Source: Candidatus Woesearchaeota archaeon
GTDB lineage: Archaea > Nanobdellota > Nanobdellia > Pacearchaeales > GW2011-AR1
DNA: 64,000 nt
Reading direction: 5' to 3'
Assembly: GCA_964413095.1 (NCBI GenBank)
Contig: CAYPRJ010000002.1
Coordinates: 563-64,562 of the forward strand
Shown here: positions 26,618-35,737 of the stretch, one piece after another
How positions within the stretch are numbered: position 1 is the stretch's first letter
How the letters are laid out: each line of letters starts with the position of its first letter
Notes under the pieces: model-generated
Seen by the model: only the letters and a program-made list of their open reading frames with translations
The model's database searches: none
What the model was told of the DNA's origin: nothing
Position numbers and translations under genes: made by a program

Positions 26618-27073
26618 ATGAAAAAGAGGGAACTGCAAAGAAATAAAAAAGCACAAATGAAATTGTCTTTTGGAATGATTTTTTCAATAATTCTTATAAT
26701 AGTTTTTGTTGCATTTGCTTTTTATGCAATTCAAAAGTTTGTTGGGTTTCAAAAACAAATAACTATAGAAACATTTGCTGAAGATTTACAAGAGGATATA
26801 GATACTGTTTGGAAAAGTTCTCAGGCATCTCAGGAAAAAGAATATTCTTTGCCAAAAAAAATAGAAGAAGTTTGTTTTACAAATAAAGATGATTTTCAAA
26901 ATATGTATTTTGAATCTTCTGAATATGTTGCTGGAAAAAAAATAGAACATTTAAACATAGAAAAAATCGTCGAAGATAAAGATCCTTTTTGTATTAAAAC
27001 TATTAATGGAAAAGTTAAGATGATAATTAAAAAAGATTTTGGTGAATCTTTGGTTAGTATTGAAAAAAATTGA
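26618..27073 (+). CDS. pilin-like protein (class III signal peptide)
   Basis: N-terminus ...RNKKAQMKLSFGMIFSIILIIVFVAFAFYAI ([KR]-[GA]-Q followed by a hydrophobic stretch). First gene of a tightly packed four-gene operon. Confidence 0.5.
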   Translation: MKKRELQRNKKAQMKLSFGMIFSIILIIVFVAFAFYAIQKFVGFQKQITIETFAEDLQEDIDTVWKSSQASQEKEYSLPKKIEEVCFTNKDDFQNMYFESSEYVAGKKIEHLNIEKIVEDKDPFCIKTINGKVKMIIKKDFGESLVSIEKN

Positions 27074-28000
27074 ATGATGAGAAAAAAGGGGTTTCAAATG
27101 TCTTTTGCATGGCTTTTTGCAATTATTGTAGGAGGTTTTATATTATTTTTAGCAATTTATGCTACTACAAAAATCGTTAATATTGGAGAGTATGAAATGA
27201 GTGCTGAAACACAAAAAGAAATAGGTGTTTTATTAAATCCTCTTGAAACAGGAGTAGAATCAGGAAAAGTAACTTCTATGAGTATTAAAGGAGATACTAG
27301 AATTTACACACAATGTTCCAATACAAGTTTATTCGGAAAACAGATAATAAAAATATCACAAAAAAGTTTTGGGCAATGGACTGAAACATTAGAAGGAGCT
27401 TCATTCAAAAACAAATATATTTTTTCTGAAGATTTTGCAGAAGGAAAAAAGTTTTATATTTTTTCAAAACCATTTGAATTTCCATTTAAAGTAACTGATT
27501 TAATTTACCTGGGTTCTGCTTCACAAACATATTGTTTCTTAGATGCTCCTGATAATATTGAAAATGAAATAAAATTATTAGAACTGCAAAATGTAAACTT
27601 AGAAAATTGTTCAAATAAAGATGCTAAAGTTTGTTTTGGCTCTGTTTCAGAGAATTGTGATATAGAAGTTAATTATCCTGGAAAATTTGTTAAGAAAGAT
27701 AAAGAGAAAATGTATTTTGAGGGTGATACTTTAATGTATGCTGCTGTTTTTTCAACACCAGAAGTTTATGAATGCCAGGTTGAAAGACTAATGAAAAGAG
27801 CTTCTCAGTTAGCTTTGTTGTATAGAGATAAAGCGAATTTTGTTGCCAGAGAAGGCTGCAGTTCAAGTTTAAACAGCGAACTTTTGCAATTAAGTAATCT
27901 TGCAAAAAGTGTTGAAAGTTCTTCTGATTTAATTGGAATAGCAAATATTGTGGAAAAAATCAAAGAAAAAAACGAGGATGCTTATTGTAAATTATGGTAA
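27074..28000 (+). CDS. pilin-like protein (class III signal peptide), Cys-containing ectodomain
   Basis: MMRKKGFQMSFAWLFAIIVGGFILFLAIYA (K-G then a hydrophobic stretch); 308 aa with multiple Cys residues. Confidence 0.5.
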   Translation: MMRKKGFQMSFAWLFAIIVGGFILFLAIYATTKIVNIGEYEMSAETQKEIGVLLNPLETGVESGKVTSMSIKGDTRIYTQCSNTSLFGKQIIKISQKSFGQWTETLEGASFKNKYIFSEDFAEGKKFYIFSKPFEFPFKVTDLIYLGSASQTYCFLDAPDNIENEIKLLELQNVNLENCSNKDAKVCFGSVSENCDIEVNYPGKFVKKDKEKMYFEGDTLMYAAVFSTPEVYECQVERLMKRASQLALLYRDKANFVAREGCSSSLNSELLQLSNLAKSVESSSDLIGIANIVEKIKEKNEDAYCKLW

Positions 28001-28509
28001 AAAAAGCACAAATGAAAATTCAGCAGATGGCGTTTATGCTGATAGCTGTGACTTTATTTTTTGTTATGGCTGGTATGCTTGTTTTGGTTTTTAGATTTTC
28101 TGGATTAAGGGAGAAGGCAACACTTCTTGAACAAGAAAATGCCATGCTTTTAGTAAGTAAACTTGCAAATTCTCCTGAGTTTTCATGTGGAGAAGCTTTT
28201 GGAAACAGAAGAACAAATTGTATTGATGCTGATAAAGTAATGATGTTAAAAGAAAGTATTTCTAAATATATTGGTTTTTGGGGTGTTACAAATATAGAAA
28301 TTAGAAAAATTTACCCTGAATCATATGAAAATACAGAATGTGAAGTTGGAAATTATCCTGATTGCTCAGTAATCAAAATACGTTCTGGTGAAACAAAAGG
28401 TATAGGAGTAGCGAACTTTGTTTCTTTATGCAGAAAAGAGCTCTCGCAAGGAAATACTTATGATAAATGTGAATTAGCTAAATTAATTATAAGTTATGAA
28501 GAAAAATGA
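27994..28509 (+). CDS. pilin-like protein (class III signal peptide)
   Basis: MVKKAQMKIQQMAFMLIAVTLFFVMAGMLVLVF. Overlaps the upstream gene by 7 nt. Confidence 0.5.
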   Translation: MVKKAQMKIQQMAFMLIAVTLFFVMAGMLVLVFRFSGLREKATLLEQENAMLLVSKLANSPEFSCGEAFGNRRTNCIDADKVMMLKESISKYIGFWGVTNIEIRKIYPESYENTECEVGNYPDCSVIKIRSGETKGIGVANFVSLCRKELSQGNTYDKCELAKLIISYEEK

Positions 28510-29012
28510 TGGATAAAATTTTCTCAAAATCAGGGCAAGAAGAGATGGTAGGGTTTGCATTAATAATAATTCTAGTATCTGTTATTTTGTTAGTTTTTTT
28601 GGGAATTTTTTTGTCAAGAGGTTCTGGAAGTGAAAGTGTGGAAAGTTATGAAGTAGAAAGTTTTGTTCAGGCATCTCTTCAATATACAACAGACTGCAAG
28701 GATAATTTTGGATATCTTTCAGTAAGAGAGCTGATTTTTGATTGTGATGATGAAGAAACTTGTTTAGATGAAAGAGATACTTGTGAAGTTCTTAATTCAA
28801 CTTTAAGAGAAATTATAGAAGAAAGCTGGGATGTTGGACAAGAAAGTCCTGTAAAAGGATATAATTTAGAGATTATTTACAATGAAGTTTACAATGAAGA
28901 AAATTCATTTATTTTAAATAAGGGAAATGTCACTTCTAATTCTAAAGGTTCTGTGCAAGAGTTTTCAAGAGGAGGAGATTCTGTTGAGTTAAATCTTGTT
29001 GTTTATTATTAA
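28506..29012 (+). CDS. pilin-like protein (class III signal peptide)
   Basis: MMDKIFSKSGQEEMVGFALIIILVSVILLVFLGIF (S-G-Q with acidic +2/+3 positions and a hydrophobic stretch). ATGA overlap with the upstream gene. Confidence 0.5.
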   Translation: MMDKIFSKSGQEEMVGFALIIILVSVILLVFLGIFLSRGSGSESVESYEVESFVQASLQYTTDCKDNFGYLSVRELIFDCDDEETCLDERDTCEVLNSTLREIIEESWDVGQESPVKGYNLEIIYNEVYNEENSFILNKGNVTSNSKGSVQEFSRGGDSVELNLVVYY

Positions 29013-29356
29013 ATTTTCAGATGAATTATAACATTATCAGTTGTTATTTTTGGTCTGTATCTTATTCTGTTTTTTGTGCTTTCTTTAATTAGCTCGATGA
29101 AGCCAAATCTTTTGAGAAGTTTTACATCATCATTAACAGATTTAAAACCTCTGTCAAGTTTTTTAGCTAAATCATATATAGATATTGGCTCTTTTGTTTT
29201 TATAACATGTAAAATTCTTGCTTTTTCATTGTGCAAAAGCTGTCTTAATGCTAAAATTCCTGAAAAATCATAATCCTTTTTAGATGTCTTGGGTTTTTTG
29301 AATAAAGAAAATGCTCCTTTTGATTGTATAATTGTTATTTCTCTTGTTTTTGTCAT
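29009..29356 (-). CDS. winged-helix transcriptional regulator
   Basis: 115 aa; ARILHVIKTKEPISIYDLAKKLDRGFKSVNDDVKLLKRFGFIE fits the ArsR/MarR-like wHTH pattern. Convergent with the pilin-like operon and overlaps its end by 4 nt. Confidence 0.55.
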   Translation of the reverse strand: MTKTREITIIQSKGAFSLFKKPKTSKKDYDFSGILALRQLLHNEKARILHVIKTKEPISIYDLAKKLDRGFKSVNDDVKLLKRFGFIELIKESTKNRIRYRPKITTDNVIIHLKI

Positions 29357-29601
29357 TTTTATTGAATATCCTTAAGTTATTATCTATATTAAATTTTTTT
29401 AATATATATTATTTTTTATTATATATTAAAGATAATTACCCTATATTAATAAATGTTTTGATTTGCTAAAATTTAGGTATTGTATTAATATATCAGTGAC
29501 AACGTAATATTTATAAATAAAACCTTGAAAAATAAACAATTTACTCTAAAATGCCAATAAACTAACAATAATCTTTTTAAAGAGAAATGTGTGAAATGAT
29601 T

Positions 29602-29705
29602 ACACTCAATCGAAAGAAAGAGTGTTCTACATAGGGGTTATGTTCATCTCAGCTAAAAAGTTAACCCTATGGCTATTTAGTTGGGAGGAGGTTGTCATAG
29701 ACAAC
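29602..29705 (+). promoter_or_regulatory. structured 5' leader of the S-layer gene (three hairpins)
   Basis: Three inverted repeats read directly from the sequence: ACACTC/GAGTGT (29602-29625); CATAGGGGTTA/TTAACCCTATG (29630-29671, one bulged G); GTTGTC-ATA-GACAAC (29691-29705). GGAGG lies at 29724-29728. Confidence 0.45.
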
Positions 29706-29743
29706 ATGATTATAATGGTGAAAGGAGGTTTAAATAAATAGAG

Positions 29744-32398
29744 ATGAAACTTTTTAGAAAGATTTCAGCAATCGCAGCTAGTGCACTGATGGTAGGTATG
29801 TCTGCTGGTATTGCTGCTGCTGCAAATTATCCTAGCCCTTTTGTGGTTGGAGGTAGTGCAGATGTAGCAATTGTGTATGGTTCAGATTCTCCTAATGGAA
29901 TTGATATAGTTCCTGCAGGAAACATTCAAACAAATCTGCAATCACACATGGGAACATCAACTGATGGTACAACTACAACAAGTGGAGAGATTTATGCTTT
30001 AGATACTGGCTCAGATAGAATCTACATGAATGATACTCTTGATAATGTAAATAGTCTTGTAACAAGTACAGACATGCCAACTGCTTTAGCAGATACTACA
30101 TTTAGTGGTGCTGCTGATGGAACTTCAACTAAGTCAACTACAGTAAGTCACACTATAGAAATAGGAGATGATGCTAGATTAGAATTTGACCAACAACCAT
30201 CTCCAAGTACAGAACCTGGAGTAGTTTGGGATTTGCCAACAACAGCTTCTGCATCAAGTCAGATATTTAATTTGACAGTAGATTTTGACAATGCAATTAA
30301 TTTCACAGACACAGATTCTCACGGAGAAGAAATAACATTGTTTGGAAAGGCATATACTGTTGGAGCAAGTACAACTAACACTAGTTTATATCTTCTTGGA
30401 GCTTCTGACAAAGTAAGTTTAGAAGTTGGAACAGGAGCTACTGGCTCAAGTTCTGCAACAGTAACTGTTGACGGAGAAGAATATACTGTTGAGTTAATGA
30501 CTGCATCAGATTCTGATGCAAAAATCAGCATAACAGATTCTTCCGGAGATTCTAAGACTAAGACAATTAGTCAAGATACGTCTGCAACACTTCTTGGAGT
30601 AGATGTTACTGTATCAGATCCATTTAGTAGTACACCACAAAATACAGAAGGAGCTGATGTATCTGTTGGAACAGGACAAGTTCTTTTGAAAGATGGAAGT
30701 AGTGTTAAAGTTACTTCTGATGAAGACACAGTAACTGGAACAAACGTTGTTTTCGATTCAGGACTTGTAGATATAACAAGTATATCTATCCAGGTTTCTG
30801 CAGAAGATGCTAGTTCAGATGGAATTAATGAAGGAGAAGAGTTTGTTGACCCTGTGTTTGAAGCAGTAAAATTAATGTTTCCTGGATTGAACATTCCTTT
30901 AGATTCATCTGACAGAGAAACAATATCTATTAAAACAACAGATGACCGTGCTACAATAAGTTTCACTACAGACGATGGAGAATCACTAAGTGACTTTAAC
31001 TGGTATTACAATGCTTCTAACAGTGGTGGAGTGGCAGAACTTGGAGATTCTGAAGGTAATGACATCCATGTTGTAGAAGGAGCTAATATATCTACAACAG
31101 AAAATGGTACTGAATATGTAGTTGTAGGAAACGAAAATACTGGACACTTATTGCAGTTGACAACATTAACTAACCTCACAGATGGATATAGTGATGATGA
31201 AGTAATCTTTACAGACCAAGCTTCAGGTAAAGAGCACTCACCAACAATTAGTAGTGAAGGTAGTGGTACAATGAAAATTGGCGGAACATCATATACTGTA
31301 ACATATGTAAAATTATCAGGCAATGAATATGGATATGTTTTCTTGGACTATGATGGAACAGCTGGAAAGATAGATGTATACCCAACTATTGAAACTTCCA
31401 AAGGAGCAAAGCTTGCGTTTTATGAACCATTGAATATTAGTTTGAATAATGTAGATGGTGCTAATGCAGATGCAAGTGAGATAGCACTCCCTAATGGAGA
31501 TGGCTTCAGTACTTTTAGTGTTTCCAGTCATGGTAACGATTCATGGAAAATTGACTCAAAAGTAGTAAATACTAGCTTGGATGCCAATGGAACAACTCTT
31601 AGTGCAGGAGAGCTTACTTATGTCATTAATGGTAGTGCTGCCAACCAAACACAAATCAGACTTAGAGATGTTGATGGAAGTGAAATAGACTATCCAGGAA
31701 TTATCTTGTTTGAAGAGCAAGATGATGACAACTCTAACTATGAAGCACTTATTGTAAAGATGAGTGATGGTGGAACTGTTTCTGTTAGTGATGTTGAAGA
31801 TACATGGAATAGTGACAGCAGACCTAGTGGCTGGAAACATGAAGTCCAACTAGAATCTGACACTGACTTGTATAGAGAAATGAACTTGTGGGGAACTATC
31901 GTCACAGTAGACCAATCTGATTCAGACAACCATGATGCTGAAATTAGTTACCCTGACGAGCAAGTCTATGCACAAATGTACTTAGGAGCTTCTGATGCAA
32001 GTGTTTCAGGAGTTACAAGCACAACAAGTAGTTCAGAACAGTTAGGAGATGTTCTTGTTAAAGATAGTGAAGTAAGCTCTGTAAGTTCAAAGAACTTAAT
32101 AGTAGTTGGTGGAAGCTGTGTAAACTCAGTTGCTGCTAATTTATTAGGAGGAGCTTATTGTGGAAGTAGTTTCACAGACAACACAGATGTTGGTTCAGGA
32201 CAATTCTTGATCCAAAGCTTTGGCGATGCTTACACAAGTGGTAAGGTTGCTTTATTAGTTGCTGGTTATGAAGCTGCAGACACTGTAAATGCTGCTACTT
32301 ATCTAAGAACTCAAACTGTTGATGCAACTGCTGGTAAGAAGTACAAAGGTACTTCATCAACTAGTGCTGAACTTGTAACAGAAGAAAGTTCTGAATAA
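29744..32398 (+). CDS. S-layer protein (major surface glycoprotein candidate)
   Basis: Signal peptide MKLFRKISAIAASALMVGMSAGIAAAA, then NYPSPFVVGGSADVAIVYGS. Thr/Ser/Asp-rich with many N-x-S/T sequons. The C-terminal NLIVVGGSCVNSVAANLLGG...VALLVAGYEAADTVNAATYL resembles the archaeal S-layer C-terminal domain. Codon composition is visibly different and less AT-rich than in neighbouring genes. Confidence 0.65.
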   Translation: MKLFRKISAIAASALMVGMSAGIAAAANYPSPFVVGGSADVAIVYGSDSPNGIDIVPAGNIQTNLQSHMGTSTDGTTTTSGEIYALDTGSDRIYMNDTLDNVNSLVTSTDMPTALADTTFSGAADGTSTKSTTVSHTIEIGDDARLEFDQQPSPSTEPGVVWDLPTTASASSQIFNLTVDFDNAINFTDTDSHGEEITLFGKAYTVGASTTNTSLYLLGASDKVSLEVGTGATGSSSATVTVDGEEYTVELMTASDSDAKISITDSSGDSKTKTISQDTSATLLGVDVTVSDPFSSTPQNTEGADVSVGTGQVLLKDGSSVKVTSDEDTVTGTNVVFDSGLVDITSISIQVSAEDASSDGINEGEEFVDPVFEAVKLMFPGLNIPLDSSDRETISIKTTDDRATISFTTDDGESLSDFNWYYNASNSGGVAELGDSEGNDIHVVEGANISTTENGTEYVVVGNENTGHLLQLTTLTNLTDGYSDDEVIFTDQASGKEHSPTISSEGSGTMKIGGTSYTVTYVKLSGNEYGYVFLDYDGTAGKIDVYPTIETSKGAKLAFYEPLNISLNNVDGANADASEIALPNGDGFSTFSVSSHGNDSWKIDSKVVNTSLDANGTTLSAGELTYVINGSAANQTQIRLRDVDGSEIDYPGIILFEEQDDDNSNYEALIVKMSDGGTVSVSDVEDTWNSDSRPSGWKHEVQLESDTDLYREMNLWGTIVTVDQSDSDNHDAEISYPDEQVYAQMYLGASDASVSGVTSTTSSSEQLGDVLVKDSEVSSVSSKNLIVVGGSCVNSVAANLLGGAYCGSSFTDNTDVGSGQFLIQSFGDAYTSGKVALLVAGYEAADTVNAATYLRTQTVDATAGKKYKGTSSTSAELVTEESSE

Positions 32399-32407
32399 AC
32401 AGATTTA

Positions 32408-32438
32408 ATTTTTTATTTTTCTTTTTCTTTCTTTTTTT
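32408..32438 (+). terminator. oligo-T tract terminator candidate after the S-layer gene
   Basis: TTTTTTATTTTTCTTTTTCTTTCTTTTTTT occurs immediately after the stop; archaeal termination uses T-runs. Confidence 0.5.
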
Positions 32439-32517
32439 AATAACTGGCGAGAGCTTTGTTATTACAAAAATTGTCTGCTAACGCATAGTTGAGTAAATAT
32501 TAATAAGTAATTGTGAT

Positions 32518-32633
32518 TTATTTTTTAGCCTGTCTTTTTAATATATAAAGTTTGACTCGCCCAGCTCGCGATTAAAGGGGATATTAACTAAAAGCAGATT
32601 TTATTTGTTAATCATATTAAAGTGCGAGTGAAT
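32518..32633 (-). repeat. dispersed intergenic element, copy 4 (reverse orientation, with an internal insertion)
   Basis: The reverse complement reads TTCACTCGCAC...ATCGCGAGCTGGGCGAG[~20-nt insert]AGACAGGCTAAAAAAT, collinear with copy 1. The stem here is CTCGC/GCGAG, so the T.G pair of copy 1 becomes C-G. Confidence 0.45.
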
Positions 32634-32704
32634 TTAATGAGCAAACCAAATCTTTCCAGAGCAAAAATAAAAAACATTTTTATATAGTAAAACTCTTTCA
32701 AGTT

Positions 32705-33295
32705 ATGAGAAAAATAGTTTCAAAACAAAAACAAGAGAAAAAGAAGAAAAAAAATCAGTTGATTGTAGGAATAGTTCTTGTATCTATAATGCTTTTTAGT
32801 GTTATTGGATATTCTTTTACTGCAAGGGATAATTCTTCTCAAAAGAGAATAGTTTATAATGGAATTGATTTTTTAGAAAATAATGGCTACTGGTTTGCAG
32901 AGATATTTGGAGCTGAATTTTTCTTCAAATATAATCCAAAAGAAACAGAAAACTTAACAGAGATAAATGTTTTAAAAGATATTAATGATTATTTAGAAAA
33001 ACCTCTTTACATTTATTCAGAAAATTATAATGCAGAAAGAGAAATATATCAGAATCTTGATAAAGTTGTTTTAAGAAGGCAGTATGCTTGTCCTGATTTA
33101 GAAAATTCAACAGCAGAATTTGAATGTGATTCTGAATGGCCAGTAAAAACTTGTGAAGATAATTTTATCATAATTCAAGAATCTGAAAACAGCGAAGTAA
33201 AGCAAGAGGAAAATTGTATTTTTATTTATGGCAAAGGAGAGGAAATTATAAAAGCAACAGATAAGTTTTTATTTGAAATACTTAAAGTGCAATAA
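32705..33295 (+). CDS. N-terminally membrane-anchored protein, unknown function
   Basis: A K-rich N-terminus, one TM segment (LIVGIVLVSIMLFSVIGYSF) and a Cys-containing ectodomain. Confidence 0.5.
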   Translation: MRKIVSKQKQEKKKKKNQLIVGIVLVSIMLFSVIGYSFTARDNSSQKRIVYNGIDFLENNGYWFAEIFGAEFFFKYNPKETENLTEINVLKDINDYLEKPLYIYSENYNAEREIYQNLDKVVLRRQYACPDLENSTAEFECDSEWPVKTCEDNFIIIQESENSEVKQEENCIFIYGKGEEIIKATDKFLFEILKVQ

Positions 33296-33326
33296 ACCTT
33301 AAAAACCTTTATAGAGAAATATAAAA

Positions 33327-34058
33327 ATGGAAGATAAAAAAGAAGATGAAAAAAGAGAAGATAAAGAGGAAAAAGAAAAAAATATAGATAAAGAAGAAAA
33401 AGAAAAAGGAGTTTCAAAGAGTAAAGAAAGTGAAACTTTAAAGAAATTTCTTATTGGAATAGGTGTTTTTATTTTAATTATTTTAGGAGTTGTTTGGGGG
33501 GCTAATGCCATGAATAGTTTTAATTATAATGGAGTTGATTTTGTGAAAGAAAGTTTTTGCGACGCTGAACCTTGTTTGTTAGTATATAAAGCTTCTTTTC
33601 CTGTTCAATATAAAGACAGCATAACTGGAAAAGTAGTTTCTACAGATTATAATATTTATTTAAGAAACGACCCAAGAAAACTCGAAGAAGTTCCTTTTAA
33701 TGGAGAACTTTTGTTAAGAAAAGATGTTGTGCTTGATATCGCGGGAAATTTTGACTGCGACGGAGATCAAAATATTGCAATTGCTAATATGCTAAAATTA
33801 GATATTTTTGGAGTAAAAATAATCAAAGATGAAAATGCAACTTGTGATTCTCATGGCAGATACACTTTTATACAAGTACAGGAAGCTAATGAATCTTATA
33901 TAGAACAAACAGGACCATCTTGTTATACTTTAAATGTTGCTGATTGTGAGATTTTAGAAGTTACTGAAAGATTTATGGTAGAATATTTTGTAAAAAGTGA
34001 GGGAAAAACAAGGGAAGAAGGGAAAATCAAAGAAATAATTAATAATTTGTTTAACTAG
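33327..34058 (+). CDS. N-terminally membrane-anchored protein with K/E-rich cytoplasmic head, unknown function
   Basis: MEDKKEDEKREDKEEKEKNIDKEEKEKG, then a TM segment (FLIGIGVFILIILGVVWGA), then a Cys-containing ectodomain. Confidence 0.5.
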   Translation: MEDKKEDEKREDKEEKEKNIDKEEKEKGVSKSKESETLKKFLIGIGVFILIILGVVWGANAMNSFNYNGVDFVKESFCDAEPCLLVYKASFPVQYKDSITGKVVSTDYNIYLRNDPRKLEEVPFNGELLLRKDVVLDIAGNFDCDGDQNIAIANMLKLDIFGVKIIKDENATCDSHGRYTFIQVQEANESYIEQTGPSCYTLNVADCEILEVTERFMVEYFVKSEGKTREEGKIKEIINNLFN

Positions 34059-34065
34059 GATAGAA

Positions 34066-34545
34066 ATGGATTTTAGATTTATTTATGCATTAATTCTCAC
34101 AGTTTTGCCTGTAACAGAATTGAGAGTTGGACTGCCATTAGCTGTTTTATATGCTACAGAAAATCAAATTCCTATTTTATTAGTTTTTGCTTCTGTTATT
34201 TTATTAAATATTTTAGTTATTTTTTTTATATTTTATTTTTTAGATAATATTCATAAAATGCTTTTGGGATTGAAAATATATCAAAGGTTTTTTAATGCTT
34301 ATCTAAAGAAATTTCAAAAAAGAATGGATAAGTTTGAAAAGAAATATGAATCCATGGGATTTTTTGCTTTGATGTTTCTCGTTGCTGTTCCTCTTCCAGG
34401 AACTGGTGCTTGGACAGGCTGTCTTGTTTCATGGCTTATGGGTTTAGATAGAAAAAAGAGTATTCTTGCAATAGCTTCAGGAGTTTTGATAGCAGGAATT
34501 ATTATACTTCTTGGAACAATAAAAATGATTAGTGCTTTTTCTTGA
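34066..34545 (+). CDS. small multidrug-export-like membrane protein (PF06695-like)
   Basis: 159 aa; LPVTELRVGLPLAV near the N-terminus and a four-TM layout, as in the 'putative small multi-drug export' family. Confidence 0.5.
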   Translation: MDFRFIYALILTVLPVTELRVGLPLAVLYATENQIPILLVFASVILLNILVIFFIFYFLDNIHKMLLGLKIYQRFFNAYLKKFQKRMDKFEKKYESMGFFALMFLVAVPLPGTGAWTGCLVSWLMGLDRKKSILAIASGVLIAGIIILLGTIKMISAFS

Positions 34546-35074
34546 ATTTTCTGACTTTTCCAAAAATAAATTTTAAATCTGAATAAAAAGGAATTCCTTT
34601 GATTTTGAATATTTTTACCTCAGCAAACCAAATTGCAACTACAAAGAAAATACTTCCAGCATACCAAAAAAGTTTATGGGCTATGTCAAACCAAGTTTTT
34701 TCATAAGCATATGCTAACCCTAAAACAAAAATTCTTAAAACATTTACAAAGAAAAAAGTTCCAAAAGAAAAAAGAAGCATCTTTAATCTTTTATTGATTT
34801 TTATTCTTGGAATTGATAAATTTAAAATTACAAGAAGATAATATGCTGAACCTGCAACACAAGCTTTTACCAGTTCTATAGGGATTTTATTGTTAAGTAA
34901 AATTGTGCTTCCTTGAAGTGAAGTTTCAAAAAAAAAGCTGAACAAGAAAAAAGTTGCATAAGCTGTCAGAGGCGTGAAAACAAAATAAAAAATCCAAAGA
35001 TTAGGAATAGCAAGAAATAACAGGATTATATACCTAAAAAAAATATTTGAAAATCGGATTTGAAGTTTTTTCAT
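34529..35074 (-). CDS. archaeosortase/exosortase-family transpeptidase (small, pacearchaeosortase-like)
   Basis: Polytopic membrane protein with the family Cys/Arg/His triad in the expected order: VKACVAGSAYY (Cys), FFVNVLRIF (Arg), DIAHKLFWY (His). First ATG is at 35074. Confidence 0.6.
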   Translation of the reverse strand: MKKLQIRFSNIFFRYIILLFLAIPNLWIFYFVFTPLTAYATFFLFSFFFETSLQGSTILLNNKIPIELVKACVAGSAYYLLVILNLSIPRIKINKRLKMLLFSFGTFFFVNVLRIFVLGLAYAYEKTWFDIAHKLFWYAGSIFFVVAIWFAEVKIFKIKGIPFYSDLKFIFGKVRKFKKKH

Positions 35075-35122
35075 AAAAGTCAAAGTAGAAATTTATTTAA
35101 ATAATTTGGCTTTTGAAAATTC

Positions 35123-35737
35123 ATGAAAAAAAGAAACTTATTTATTTTGATGGTTTTTGTTTTTATTATATTAACAAGTCTTTATTTTGACTCTGAAATA
35201 ATAAGCATGATTTCATCTTTTAGGGGAAATATTCTTGATAATTTTTTTACAATAATAAATTTTCTTAGTTCTAAAATAATCATTTTTTCTATTTTAACTG
35301 GTTTATTTTTATTATACAAAAATAAAAGAAGATTAGTTTTTCCTTTATGGATAACTATAGGATTTTCTGTGGTAATTAGTTTTTTGTTAAAAGTTTTTGT
35401 GCAAAGAGCAAGACCTTTTCAAATTGGAATTGTATCTCTTCCTGTATTTTTAGAAAAAGCAAATCATTTAATCTGGAATTTTTCTTTCCCTTCTTTTCAT
35501 GCAATGTTGGCATTTTGTGCTCTTCCTTTGTTATCAAAAGAATTTCCTAAAATAAAATATATCTGGCTCGGATTTGCTTTTTTAATTGCTTTTTCAAGAA
35601 TTTATTTTGGATTACACTTTTTGAGTGATGTTCTTTCAGGAGCATTAATAGGTTATATTGTTGGAATAATAGTTCTTAAAAAAGAATCAGAAGATAAATT
35701 AGGAGAGAAGATTTATAAGAAAATTTTCAAAAAATAA
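35123..35737 (+). CDS. PAP2-family lipid phosphatase (undecaprenyl/dolichyl-diphosphatase-like)
   Basis: All three PAP2 motifs are present: KVFVQRARP (KxxxxxxRP), PSFH (PSGH) and SRIYFGLHFLSD (SRxxxxxHxxxD). Confidence 0.75.
   Translation: MKKRNLFILMVFVFIILTSLYFDSEIISMISSFRGNILDNFFTIINFLSSKIIIFSILTGLFLLYKNKRRLVFPLWITIGFSVVISFLLKVFVQRARPFQIGIVSLPVFLEKANHLIWNFSFPSFHAMLAFCALPLLSKEFPKIKYIWLGFAFLIAFSRIYFGLHFLSDVLSGALIGYIVGIIVLKKESEDKLGEKIYKKIFKK

Noticed and set aside
14827-29356. Whether the surface island is an integrated mobile element or provirus.
   Set aside because: I found no integrase, transposase, capsid/terminase-like genes or flanking direct repeats/tRNA attachment site. Only a toxin-antitoxin pair is present, and the nearest tRNAs are more than 10 kb away.
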